Shown one piece after another: positions 27,915-37,738 of a DNA stretch of 64,000 nucleotides (positions within the stretch are counted from its first letter, which is position 1; every line of letters begins with the position of its first letter). Position numbers and translations under genes: made by a program. Under the pieces are notes generated by a model that saw nothing but the letters and a program-made list of their open reading frames with translations, made no database searches and was not told the DNA's origin. The stretch comes from Spirochaetia bacterium (GTDB lineage Bacteria > Spirochaetota > Spirochaetia > CAKZLE01): assembly GCA_963677595.1 (NCBI GenBank), contig OY782041.1:2880001-2944000 (forward strand), given 5' to 3'.

Positions 27915-29048
27915 ATGGAACGTACGTTGTATCCCCTGATACGGGAAGACCTATCCCGGAAGATGATCCTTCTTACCGGCCCGAGGCAGGTTGGGAAGAC
28001 CTATCTCGCAAAGCAGTTGAGATCGGAATTCAGATTCTCGCTCTACCTGAACTATGATGACCCCCAGCATATGAAGATGATCCAGGAGGGCAGCTGGTCT
28101 CCAGAGACGGATCTTCTCGTGCTCGATGAGCTTCATAAGATGCGCCAATGGAAATCGTTCCTCAAGGGTACCTATGATACAAGACCTGATGGGATGTCCC
28201 TGCTCGTGACAGGCAGTGCACGGATGGAGACGTTCCGGCAGGAGGGAGAATCCCTTGCAGGACGATATTTCCATCACCGTCTGCATCCCCTGACCGTTCG
28301 TGAGTTGTCAGGAGTGATGAGCGGGCCTGACGCCCTGGCTGCATTGAATCAGTTGGGCGGTTTCCCTGAACCATTCCTCTCCGGCAGTGACCGGTTCGCA
28401 CAGCGGTGGAGGAACCAGTACTTCACTGATATCATCAGGGAGGATATCCTGGATTATAGCCGGATTCAGGAGATCCGGGTGATGCACCTGCTGCTGGAAC
28501 TTATCAGGGGCAGGATCGGTTCCCCGATCTCCTACAGCTCCCTTGCCCGGGATCTGCAGATCTCCCCCCATACGGTCAAGAGTTACCTCGATATCCTCGA
28601 GAGCCTGTTCATCATCTTCCGGGTCTACCCCTTCGGTAAGAATATCGCACGGGCGGTGATCAAGGAGCCGAAGGTCTATCTCTATGATACCGGTCATGTG
28701 AAGGGAGGTCCTGGTGTGCGCCTTGAGAACACGGCAGCCTGCTGCCTGCTTCGCCATGTGCAGTACCAGCAGGATGTGAAGGGTGAACAGGTGAAGCTCC
28801 ACTACCTGCGGACAAAGGACAAGCGTGAAGTGGACTTCCTCATCGCTGAATCTGAGCAGCCGGTCGAGATGATCGAGGTGAAGCACTCTGATAAGACGGT
28901 CAGTAAGCATCTCCACTATTTCAAGCAGCGGTATCCCCAGCTGAACGGGGTGCAGATCGTGCAGACCCTGCAGGAGCCTATATACCATCGTGAGGCTGAC
29001 CTGCACATCAGGAACGCCGCGGAGTACCTGGCCGCCCTGGATGGATAG
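27915..29048 (+). CDS. AAA_14 ATPase with DUF4143-like C-terminus
   Basis: LTGPRQVGKT, LVLDE, VTGSA, PKVYLYDTG, REVDF..IEVK. Confidence 0.88.
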   Translation: MERTLYPLIREDLSRKMILLTGPRQVGKTYLAKQLRSEFRFSLYLNYDDPQHMKMIQEGSWSPETDLLVLDELHKMRQWKSFLKGTYDTRPDGMSLLVTGSARMETFRQEGESLAGRYFHHRLHPLTVRELSGVMSGPDALAALNQLGGFPEPFLSGSDRFAQRWRNQYFTDIIREDILDYSRIQEIRVMHLLLELIRGRIGSPISYSSLARDLQISPHTVKSYLDILESLFIIFRVYPFGKNIARAVIKEPKVYLYDTGHVKGGPGVRLENTAACCLLRHVQYQQDVKGEQVKLHYLRTKDKREVDFLIAESEQPVEMIEVKHSDKTVSKHLHYFKQRYPQLNGVQIVQTLQEPIYHREADLHIRNAAEYLAALDG

Positions 29049-29100
29049 TATCCAGAGGTTGCGGCGAGGGCCGGGGTGGGTAAGCGTAGTCTGAGACCTC

Positions 29101-30405
29101 TCAGTACTGGTATTCCCTGACCACCTCGGATGCCATCCGTGCCCACTCGTGCAGCCTGTGCGGTTCCCTCTGTATGGTGGAAATATCCTTCATGACGATC
29201 TCAACTGGGATACCCGCTCCCACGAGGGGGGCGAGGGTCTCGACCAGTTCCCTCCTGGCCAGGTCGATGTCCCACTCCTCATAGGCGAAGATCGCGGGAT
29301 TCGGCTTACAGGAGTAGACGATCGCATCCCCGATCGTCTTCACCGCCTCCATGGGCTTCGACCAGGGGCTGAAGGAGGCCTTCCTCAGGTTGGGGATCCT
29401 CATGACCTGTTCGGTCTTCAGGTGGAGCGGTTCGCAGCAGCCGTAGTAGTTCGCCCCGAACCGGGAGAGCCAGGGGAGGTCATGCTCGATGGCGAACTCC
29501 CAGTGCATCGACGGGGAGACCTCGCTGAAGACCTGGGCGTTCGAGCAGCCCCAGACCTGGGCAGGTGAGCATGCACTGACCTTCCCGTCATCGTCAGGGA
29601 GTGATGCGGTATACCCGTAGCCGCCTGAGCCTACACGGGTATTACCGCTCCCGTCGGAGAGCAGGCCTTCTGCCTCATAGGCGTCGAGGAGCCTGCAGGA
29701 CTGGGAGACATAGCGTGAGAGGGCGTAGTGCACGAGATCAGGGTTGAGGACCAGGTCCATGAGTGCCTGCTCGATCCCCCAGACTTGGATGAGCCGGTCC
29801 CAGGGGGTGAACCAGATGTGCCGGCTGCCGGTGAGTTCCACCGGTATGATGTCGCAGAAGAGGTCCTTCGCAGTCGAGAGGAGTGCTTCAGTCTCCTCCC
29901 TGTGGTAGACCGGCAGCTGGAGGTCGATGACGCGTTCCGCGTCCTCGATGGAGGTGATCTGCTCGGTGTAGTGGTGCGAGTGGATCGCTCCCACCGCCGT
30001 CTCCCCGATGGTCGACTCCTCCACATCAAGGGTGAAGGACCCGTCGGAGTAGAGCTTCTCCACGGCGAAGAAGGGGGAGGGGATGTAGTCGGCGGGGAAG
30101 TGCTCCAGCCGGTAGATCTCCTTACGCAGGGAGAGCTCCCATTCACGGGCGATCGGGTTGGTGATCACTGGCTTGAGTGAATCCTCAGCCCCGATGAGCT
30201 CGTTCCACGGCTCCTCGTTGATGAAGAGCATCGGCCGGTCCGGCTTCCGGTCATTGAGGTCCCTCCACAAGCCTGCCAGCTCATTACTCCGTATCCTTGA
30301 GGCAAGCTCCTGCCTCTGCCCTGCCAATCGCCTGAGCAGTGCTCTCTCGTCCCGGTCCATTCCCTGCAATGCGCTGATCTCTTCGCTCCCGTAGGTCATC
30401 ATCAA
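29101..30405 (-). CDS. Uroporphyrinogen decarboxylase/methyltransferase-superfamily-like protein
   Basis: GIEQALMDL..PD, VSPSMHWEF, YYGCCEPL, SCKPNPA. Confidence 0.65.
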   Translation of the reverse strand: MMMTYGSEEISALQGMDRDERALLRRLAGQRQELASRIRSNELAGLWRDLNDRKPDRPMLFINEEPWNELIGAEDSLKPVITNPIAREWELSLRKEIYRLEHFPADYIPSPFFAVEKLYSDGSFTLDVEESTIGETAVGAIHSHHYTEQITSIEDAERVIDLQLPVYHREETEALLSTAKDLFCDIIPVELTGSRHIWFTPWDRLIQVWGIEQALMDLVLNPDLVHYALSRYVSQSCRLLDAYEAEGLLSDGSGNTRVGSGGYGYTASLPDDDGKVSACSPAQVWGCSNAQVFSEVSPSMHWEFAIEHDLPWLSRFGANYYGCCEPLHLKTEQVMRIPNLRKASFSPWSKPMEAVKTIGDAIVYSCKPNPAIFAYEEWDIDLARRELVETLAPLVGAGIPVEIVMKDISTIQREPHRLHEWARMASEVVREYQY

Positions 30406-30516
30406 TCCTCCATGCCATCGATCTTGTTTGCATCATAATTCGAGATATATGCTTTTCATATGGATAGAATCGATATTTCTTTTGTCTGTTCGTGACATTC
30501 GTGGTATATTTGACCT

Positions 30517-31338
30517 ATGTTCGAACAGCTGCAGCTGAAACTGCTTACCGCAGAGCGGAGGGCCCTCGATACCTCCTGGCATTTTGAGGATATGTCAGAT
30601 CCCTTCTCGAGGATCTACTATGTGACCGACGGGGAAGGAGTGCTCCGCATCCATGGTGAGGGTGGGCTGGGGGAGCAGGTGATCCCCCTGCTGCCGGGAT
30701 CCCTCTACCTCATCCCGGCCTATATCCGCTGCTCCTTCTGGACGGATGCTACGGTCACTATCAGCTATGTGCACCTGCAGCTCCTCATCGAGGGGTTTCT
30801 CCCGTTCTTCGATTCGGTACCATTCCGCTTCGAGCGTATCCCTGACACCTCAGAGGAGATCGAAGGGACCTTCGACCTCCTTATATCTACGCTGTCTGCC
30901 CAAGGGCCTTCTCCTGCTCCAGCTTCGCTCCTGCGCTGCCAGGGGAGTCTGTACCTCATAGCCTCCCGATTCTGTGTGGCCGAAGGGAGCGGCCGGACGA
31001 TCTCCAGGAAGGAGATACCCAGCTGGTTGATTGAGGTCGCAGGATACATCAGGGATCACATAGAGACGAAGCTGACGGTACAGGGAGTAGCAGATACCTT
31101 CGGCTATGACCGGTCCTACCTCTCGAGGATGTTCTCCACCTGCCTGCACCAGCCGATCTCCCGGTTTGTCAGGGAGAGACGCATAGAGCGGGCTGTAGAG
31201 CTGCTGCTCTCCGGTGAGCCGCAGAAGTCTGTAGCCCAAGCCCTCGGCTATGCTGATGTCTTCCACTTCTCCAGGCAGTTCAAGCAGGTAACCGGCCTCT
31301 CCCCGGGAACATACATCTCTTCAGTGTCATCAGGATGA
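30517..31338 (+). CDS. AraC family regulator
   Basis: Cupin-like N-terminus; YLSRMF, LGYADVFHFSRQFKQVTGLSPG. Confidence 0.92.
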   Translation: MFEQLQLKLLTAERRALDTSWHFEDMSDPFSRIYYVTDGEGVLRIHGEGGLGEQVIPLLPGSLYLIPAYIRCSFWTDATVTISYVHLQLLIEGFLPFFDSVPFRFERIPDTSEEIEGTFDLLISTLSAQGPSPAPASLLRCQGSLYLIASRFCVAEGSGRTISRKEIPSWLIEVAGYIRDHIETKLTVQGVADTFGYDRSYLSRMFSTCLHQPISRFVRERRIERAVELLLSGEPQKSVAQALGYADVFHFSRQFKQVTGLSPGTYISSVSSG

Positions 31339-31348
31339 TTGGAATAAG

Positions 31349-31422
31349 TTAGCTAATATAGTACATAATAATTATCTTATATTTATTCTTAAATTAGCTA
31401 AAAGTATGGTATAATTAGCTAA
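31349..31422 (+). promoter_or_regulatory. Promoter with three TTAGCTAA palindromes
   Basis: TTAGCTAA at 31349, 31394 and 31415 around TGGTATAAT (extended -10). Confidence 0.65.
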
Positions 31423-31437
31423 GAAGAGGAGGGGCGT

Positions 31438-32196
31438 ATGCGTGTTTCATCTACTGAGTTCCAGAACAACTTCGGGAAGTATCTCGAGAAGTGTAAGCAT
31501 GAGAATATCATCATCACCCGGAACGGGAAGCAGAAGGCGATCCTGCTTCCCCTGCCCGATGAGGATGCGAACTATACCGGGGAGTCGATCCCTAAGTATG
31601 TCACAGTCCGCAAGGATGACCGGTATGTCTCCTATTCGAAGTTTCGTGAGATGTGCGAGGCCAGTGATACCCGCATGGAGCTCATCGACGGGGTCGTCTA
31701 CATGCTGCCCTCGCCGGGGTTCACGCACCAGCACCTGGCTAAGAAGCTCTTGTACCTGTTAGAGGAGTTCTTTTCCACATATGAATCATGTGATGTCTAC
31801 TTTGCTCCCTTCGATATCGAGCTGCGCCGCATGCTCGACCGGGAAGAACGGGACCTGGATGAGGAGGACGTGAATGTGGTGCAGCCGGACCTGATGGTGC
31901 TCTGCGACTATATCGATGATGTCGATGAGAACGACCGGTACCGGGGCACGCCCTCGCTGGTGATCGAGATCCTCTCCCCGTCAAACAGGGGCCACGACAT
32001 GATCCGGAAGCTCGGTCTCTACGAGGAGACCGGGATCAGGGAGTACTGGGTCGTGGATCCGGCCCGGAAGTCAGTCACCCTCTATTTCTTCGAGGAGTAT
32101 ACATTCAAGGAGTATTTCGGTACAGGTGATTCATGTGTAGTACAGTCCCTGGCTTTCGAGGGGCTGTCGATCAGCTATGAGGATATCTTCTCATGA
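31438..32196 (+). CDS. Phd/YefM antitoxin domain fused to Uma2 endonuclease domain
   Basis: VSSTEFQNNFGKYL..IIITRNGK; then ELIDG, VQPDL, LVIEILSPS, EYWVVDP. Confidence 0.88.
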   Translation: MRVSSTEFQNNFGKYLEKCKHENIIITRNGKQKAILLPLPDEDANYTGESIPKYVTVRKDDRYVSYSKFREMCEASDTRMELIDGVVYMLPSPGFTHQHLAKKLLYLLEEFFSTYESCDVYFAPFDIELRRMLDREERDLDEEDVNVVQPDLMVLCDYIDDVDENDRYRGTPSLVIEILSPSNRGHDMIRKLGLYEETGIREYWVVDPARKSVTLYFFEEYTFKEYFGTGDSCVVQSLAFEGLSISYEDIFS

Positions 32197-32220
32197 ATTA
32201 CGTGAAGTGATCGTGTCTCA

Positions 32221-32475
32221 CTAAAGGCCTAACTGCGCTATTTGTTTGCGATACTGCATCTCGAGATTGTTCAAGAAGCTGGCAGCAACACCTGTCACCA
32301 GTTCCAATCTGGCAGCTAGCTCATACATAATGGGTTGGTCCTCACCGATGATCCTGATGATCGACTGCTCGGTCAGACCGGTCCTGGCCGATAGTTCTTC
32401 TTGTGTCATCTTCAGTGTTTCACCAGGTGGTACAGCATAATCTAGTTCATAGGTATGAAGACGTTTGGCTTTTAA
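32221..32475 (-). pseudogene. Degraded HigA-like HTH antitoxin
   Basis: DYAVPPGETLK-MTQEELSARTG..LELVTG..FLNNLE; no valid start after the RBS, truncated. Confidence 0.65.
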
Positions 32476-32565
32476 TGACCTACTCCTTGTATAGATGGCT
32501 GCAGACTCCTGACTCTGCAGAATTCAAGCATGCTCCGTGGGCGGCCGAAAGAGCCTCCCTACTAT

Positions 32566-32985
32566 CTATATTCCACTAAACATCTCGGCCGCTTCCACCG
32601 CAGTCATACAGGCTGTCCTGCCGTTAATGAAGTCCCTGATATTCCCGGTTATGATGCAGTCAGCGTGTGCCCCGGCGGCTGATTCATCTATGACAGCATC
32701 TTCAAAATCACTGATATGTGAATGCAGGGCTTTTTGCAGGATGCGAGCATCAGCAGTCAATATTACGAAATTATCCAGAAGTGTCTGGATCACGGTTTGA
32801 TGCTGCTTAGGTGGGAAATTCCATTTCCCAAGAAAGTATGCCAGGGTCGTGATCTCATGGGCACAGATGCAGCCGATAAGCTTCTTTTGGATGCAAAGAT
32901 CGACTACTGCCAAGGCAGCTTCATGATGATGTCTCTTCAACAGCATGTCCAGGATAACATTAAGATCTATAGTTACTTTTTTCAT
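32566..32985 (-). CDS. PIN domain (VapC-like) toxin
   Basis: IDLNVILD, DFEDAV, IITGNIRDF. Confidence 0.88.
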   Translation of the reverse strand: MKKVTIDLNVILDMLLKRHHHEAALAVVDLCIQKKLIGCICAHEITTLAYFLGKWNFPPKQHQTVIQTLLDNFVILTADARILQKALHSHISDFEDAVIDESAAGAHADCIITGNIRDFINGRTACMTAVEAAEMFSGI

Positions 32986-33208
32986 GGCATTCCTTTCTCA
33001 TCTCATGCTTATCAGGCACATCCTTACCCTCAAAGATCCCATAGAGGGCAGCAGATTCTGAAGCGATGTCGCTTTGATAGACGTTAGACTGTAGTCTCCT
33101 CAAGTAAGCTTCGAATAGATGAGAAATGGACTGTTTTGTCATGTTAGCGTACTGGTGCGCAAAGGCTATCATATCCGCATCCATACTCAAGGTCAGTTTT
33201 TTATTCAT
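32960..33208 (-). CDS. DUF6364-like RHH antitoxin
   Basis: KLTLSMD..AHQYA..SISHLFE; overlaps the PIN gene. Confidence 0.8.
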   Translation of the reverse strand: MNKKLTLSMDADMIAFAHQYANMTKQSISHLFEAYLRRLQSNVYQSDIASESAALYGIFEGKDVPDKHEMRKECHEKSNYRS

Positions 33209-33215
33209 ATAATAC

Positions 33216-33251
33216 CTCGTACGTATATAATATCACATCTATACGTACGAG
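33216..33251 (-). promoter_or_regulatory. Inverted-repeat operator of the TA operon
   Basis: CTCGTACGTATA...TATACGTACGAG perfect 12-bp arms just upstream of the antitoxin. Confidence 0.65.
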
Positions 33252-33352
33252 TAAAGATGTGACTCAATGAGTATCATAATTTCCAAAGTATGCTGGGAGT
33301 TGCGAAGGCAGATATCTGCCAAGACAGAACGTTACCAAATCTTGAGGAACCT

Positions 33353-34216
33353 CTAGCCTTGCTGTGGGAAGATCGGTGAGAGGCTGGCAAGGTCTGCTGT
33401 GAGCTTCTGCTGTTCTTCCGTACTCAAGGGTCCCAGGGGACCCTCTGCCGCTTCAAGGGCATGGCGGAACTGGTAGAGTTCCCCTGATGGGACGATCGCG
33501 GTGACCTGCTGGGAGAGGGTCCAGCGTGCTGCGAGCCGCAGCAGCTCAGGATCCTCATGCGGCTCGTACCAGCACTTGGACTGTTCCCTCCGTGCATCGC
33601 CTGGCTGCCACTGCTGCCGGGCGAGGGCCTTCAGGGCCATGCATGCAGCTCCCTGCCTGGTCGCAGTCTCCAGGATCTCTTTCCCGAACCCGTTGGAGAG
33701 GAAACAGGCATAGTTGAGGGGGAAGAGGACAGAGTCGAAGGGGTATCGAGCCAGGGCAGCAAGGGCTGCCTCGGTCGAATGGGCAGAGAAACCGAGATAG
33801 CGGATGCGTCCTTCAGCCTTTCGTTTGATGAGGAACTCCATGACCCCGCCGGGGGCGAAGGCTGCGTCGACGTCCTCCTTGACTGAGAAGATCGCATGGA
33901 GCTGGTAGAGGTCGAAGTGGTCGGTCCTCAGTCGGTCCAGGGACTGGTAGAACTCAGCTGATGCGGCCTCTGCATCCCGTTTGGTCGTCTTGCAGGCAAG
34001 GAAGCACTCCTTCCGGTAGGGTTCGAGGGCCGGTCCCATACGCATCTCCGCTTCCCCGTCCCCGTAGCTCGGTGCGACATCGAAGTAGGTGACCCCGTGG
34101 TCTCTGCATTCCGAGACGATCCTGTCAGAAGCATCCTGGTCGTAGCCCATGAGCAATACGCCTCCGCATCCTATGACTGACAGCGATACATCATCCTTGT
34201 ACGTCCGGTATTCCAT
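33353..34216 (-). CDS. Aldo/keto reductase
   Basis: SVIGCGG, YFDVAPSYG, LACKT, DLYQLH, GFSAH. Confidence 0.9.
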   Translation of the reverse strand: MEYRTYKDDVSLSVIGCGGVLLMGYDQDASDRIVSECRDHGVTYFDVAPSYGDGEAEMRMGPALEPYRKECFLACKTTKRDAEAASAEFYQSLDRLRTDHFDLYQLHAIFSVKEDVDAAFAPGGVMEFLIKRKAEGRIRYLGFSAHSTEAALAALARYPFDSVLFPLNYACFLSNGFGKEILETATRQGAACMALKALARQQWQPGDARREQSKCWYEPHEDPELLRLAARWTLSQQVTAIVPSGELYQFRHALEAAEGPLGPLSTEEQQKLTADLASLSPIFPQQG

Positions 34217-34485
34217 CTCTATCCCTCCTGAATGTTATATCAGTATAGCATGGTATGGGCTCCTCAGGTCATGCTCCATAGGGTAAAACCTGATTATCCT
34301 CAGACAGTAGGCCACCTCACGATGTCTGGGGGCTAACAGGTTACCTGTTAAAGAACTGTGTCGTATCGCGATCAAGCGATTTCCTGCTTTGAGTGGATGG
34401 CAGATTGTCTCTTGACCGACAATGTTGTATATATTATTATATAGATTGATATTAATATCGATATTGATACCGACAAGGAGCAGCC

Positions 34486-34716
34486 ATGACCGTAAATGGA
34501 TACCTGGATTATGCATTGAAGGAGGTAGAGCTTGTTCAGGAAGGACAGGTTTTTATCGTCAAGGATCTATTCAAAGGATACTTATGGAACCAGATCCCCA
34601 GGAACCAGCGGTTACTCTTGGGGACATTGTTCCTGAATGCCGTCAATACTGAGCCCCTGGCAATAGATGTCCTTTCCAAGACGTCATCCGGGCAGCAGAG
34701 GTATAAGAAGATATGA
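34486..34716 (+). CDS. DUF1413-like small DNA-binding protein
   Basis: FIVKDLFKGYLWN..RLLLGTLF..KTSSGQQRY. Confidence 0.7.
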   Translation: MTVNGYLDYALKEVELVQEGQVFIVKDLFKGYLWNQIPRNQRLLLGTLFLNAVNTEPLAIDVLSKTSSGQQRYKKI

Positions 34717-34796
34717 CAATCAGAGAGGGGGAATACGGTCAATATCGGCATCCCCTGTCAGGTTTGCTAACCAAGAATAGAGAAGAGGATCATGAT

Positions 34797-35897
34797 ATGA
34801 GTTCTTTAGACCGACTCACTATCCGGGGATTCAAATCCATACGGGAGATTTCCAGCTTCGAATTAACCAATCTCAATATATGCATCGGTGGCAATGGTGC
34901 AGGAAAATCAAACCTGATCAGTTTCTTCGCCCTCCTCAGAAGCATAATGGAAGGAAACCTCAATGAATTCGTGAGTATGCATGGAGGCGCAGGAGATTTG
35001 CTGCATCTCGGGAGGAAGGTCACCCCCTATATGGAGTTTGAATTATCCTTTGGCAGGAGAGGGTATCGGTTCAGGCTGAACCCTACTCCCCGTGATACCT
35101 GTACGTTGACGCATGAAGCAAGGTACTATGCCGGAAACGCCAGATGGTGGGAGTTCGATTCTGACCATGATGATTCTTCCCAGATGGTTGCGGAAGCAAC
35201 AGGTGGTACAAGCAGCAGTACGTACAGCAAACCGGTGTATGATGCGATATCTTCCTGGCAGATGTATCATTTTCATGATACGAGCCCAACTGCAGGTATG
35301 AGGCATCGTGAGATCATACAGGATAACAGCAGGCTGCGTATGGATGCCTCTAATATAGCACCCTTCCTGTTAAAGCTTAGACAAGAGGCGCCAAAAGCCT
35401 ATAGGGAGATCCTTGACTCGATACGATTGGTAATACCCTTCTTTGACGATTTTATCCTGGAACCGGAGATGTTCGGGGTTAAAACAAGCGTCAACCTCTC
35501 CTGGACGCAGAAAGGTTCCGATTACCCCATGCAGCCGTATCATCTGTCGGATGGATCCATGCGCTTTATCTGCCTGGCAGCAGCCCTGCTGCAGCCGGTA
35601 CCACCTGCAACGATCATCATCGATGAGCCGGAGCTGGGTCTGCACCCTGCAGCGATAGCTGCCTTGGCTGAGATGATACATGATGCAGCACGAAGGACAC
35701 AGGTAATCGTAGCTACTCAGTCACCTGCCCTGATTGACTATTTTGCCGTAGAAGACATCATTGTGGTGTCCAGGGAGACAGGAGCATCAACTTTCTCCAG
35801 ATTGGATGAGAGAGATTTTACCCAATGGCTTGAATCCTATTCGTTGGGAGAACTCTGGAAAAAGAATGTGATCTCTGGAGGACCAACGTATGAATGA
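34797..35897 (+). CDS. ABC-type AAA_21 ATPase
   Basis: IRGFKSI, IGGNGAGKSN, YHFHDT, LSDGSMRF, IDEPELGLHP, ATQSP. Confidence 0.9.
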   Translation: MSSLDRLTIRGFKSIREISSFELTNLNICIGGNGAGKSNLISFFALLRSIMEGNLNEFVSMHGGAGDLLHLGRKVTPYMEFELSFGRRGYRFRLNPTPRDTCTLTHEARYYAGNARWWEFDSDHDDSSQMVAEATGGTSSSTYSKPVYDAISSWQMYHFHDTSPTAGMRHREIIQDNSRLRMDASNIAPFLLKLRQEAPKAYREILDSIRLVIPFFDDFILEPEMFGVKTSVNLSWTQKGSDYPMQPYHLSDGSMRFICLAAALLQPVPPATIIIDEPELGLHPAAIAALAEMIHDAARRTQVIVATQSPALIDYFAVEDIIVVSRETGASTFSRLDERDFTQWLESYSLGELWKKNVISGGPTYE

Positions 35898-36569
35898 CTA
35901 CATAGAATGTATAGTCCTCGTTGAAGGAAAGACTGAGGAGTTATTCATCCAGAAGGTCCTGGGAGAGTATATGGCTGAGAGATCCATATACATGACCCCG
36001 ATCCAGATCTCCAAACCTGGACAGAAGGTGGTGATGTACGATTCCAGAGGGTGCTGAAAGATATAGCCAGGCATATAAAGCAGCGTCCGGACACCTTCAT
36101 CACAACTATGATCGATTATTATGGATTGAGAAATGACTGGCCTGGAGTCTTGCAGGCTTGCAGCCGGCATACCCCTTCCGATATAGCAGATTGTATCAAC
36201 ACTGCAACCCGAGATGCAGTCCATGATGCATTGCCTGATTTCCGAACGAGCTCACGATTTGTGCCAAATATCATCGTGCATGAATTTGAAGCACTCTTGT
36301 ATTGTGATCCCGAGAAGACTTCACAACTATTGGGGATTGACACTTCAGCAGTAGGTAAGATCCTGAGTCAGTTCGGGGATCCGGAGAGGATCAATGATTC
36401 CCCAGAGACAGCACCCTCAAAACGACTGGCAGACTTGTACGAACGATACAAAAAAACGATCAATGGAATCAGGATCGCTGAGTCAATCGGCATCCCGACC
36501 ATGCGCTCGACCTGTACGGTCTTTAACAATTGGCTTATTCGTCTAGAACTACTTCTGCAGGAAGAGTGA
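35890..36569 (+). pseudogene. DUF4276-like (TOPRIM-like) protein with -1 frameshift near 36027
   Basis: VLVEGKTEE..SKPGQK then GDVRFQRV in another frame; TTMIDYYG, HEFEALL, PERIND..PSKRL. Confidence 0.8.
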
Positions 36570-36630
36570 AGACGTACAAAGAGTTTCCATTGCCGGACTG
36601 AAGATAATCAGTGTCTAGGAAATAGCAAAA

Positions 36631-36678
36631 GAAAGGGGCCATTGCCTAAGTCATATGACTTTTGCAACAGCCCCTTTC
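36631..36678. terminator. Inverted repeat between convergent genes
   Basis: GAAAGGGGC..TTGC..AAGTC ATAT GACTT TTGCAA..GCCCCTTTC. Confidence 0.6.
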
Positions 36679-36699
36679 ATCCTGTAAGGAGTGTGTATG

Positions 36700-37734
36700 C
36701 TATTCCCTGGCAGCCTTGAAGAGAGCCTCCACATTTGCCGGGTTGACATCAGGCAGGATCGCCTCATGGCTCGGCGAGAGGATCAGTCCGGTGGGGAAGA
36801 GTTCCCGAAGGTGGAGCACGGTGGTGCGGATCTGGTCGGGAGTCCCGTTGACCAGGAGGTTCTGGGCATCGACGCCGCCGCAGAAGGAGACATCCTTGCC
36901 GAAGTCCTTGGCCAGGTCATCGGCATTCATGCCGGTGGCAAGTGCCTGGATCGGGTGGATGGCATCCACCCCGAGCTCGATGAGGTCGGGGATGATCGGC
37001 CTGATCGCCCCACATGAGTGGTGGACGACCTTCAGCCCGTAGCTGTGTGCCTGGTCGATCAGTTTCCTCGTGCCCTCGAAGACATGGTCCCGCAGCATCC
37101 CCGGGGAGACGAGCAGGGTCGTCTGGCTCCCGAAGTCGTTGCCGATGAGGACTGCGTCAAGCTTTCCCTTCGTTGCTTCATAGAAGATCCGGTTGGCTTC
37201 GAGGTAGAAATCGGTGATCCTGGTGATGACCGCCTTGTAGAGTTCTGGCTCGAGGATCATCCGCATCAGGGCACTCTCCATCCCGTAGGCAGAGCAGGAG
37301 TCCTGGAAATGGGCTGACCACATGAGACTCATGATGGCAGCATCCTGGGGAGCGTTCTCGACGACAGCCCTGCAGGCCTCCACGTCGATTCCCTCCGCCG
37401 GGTCCGGCCAGGGGAACTTGTCCACATCTGACGGTTCATGGTAGTCCTCGAAGAACCCCGGGGCGGTGAGCGTCCGCTCATCGTAGTTCCCGTGCTCATC
37501 GACCTTTGCGAAGTTCATCGCCGTCGCGATATGGTCACTGTCAGTCGTATGGTAGGGGACGTTCACGCTGAAGACATCGTCGCCGATGGCAGCCTTCAGG
37601 TCCAGCTCATTGTCTACCTTATAGTACTCATGGAGTCCAGGGACCGCTGCAGGTACCGGCTCGCCGAGCCAGGCTGCGGGGTGGTCCACAGATTTCCGTT
37701 CGATCGTCGCGAAGAATCGTTCTTTCTTTGTCAT
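36700..37734 (-). CDS. Uroporphyrinogen decarboxylase family (MtaA/CmuA-like) protein
   Basis: GMESALM, GNDFGSQ, HHSCG, HPIQ, FCGGVDAQ, SPSHE. Confidence 0.85.
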   Translation of the reverse strand: MTKKERFFATIERKSVDHPAAWLGEPVPAAVPGLHEYYKVDNELDLKAAIGDDVFSVNVPYHTTDSDHIATAMNFAKVDEHGNYDERTLTAPGFFEDYHEPSDVDKFPWPDPAEGIDVEACRAVVENAPQDAAIMSLMWSAHFQDSCSAYGMESALMRMILEPELYKAVITRITDFYLEANRIFYEATKGKLDAVLIGNDFGSQTTLLVSPGMLRDHVFEGTRKLIDQAHSYGLKVVHHSCGAIRPIIPDLIELGVDAIHPIQALATGMNADDLAKDFGKDVSFCGGVDAQNLLVNGTPDQIRTTVLHLRELFPTGLILSPSHEAILPDVNPANVEALFKAARE

Positions 37735-37738
37735 GCCG

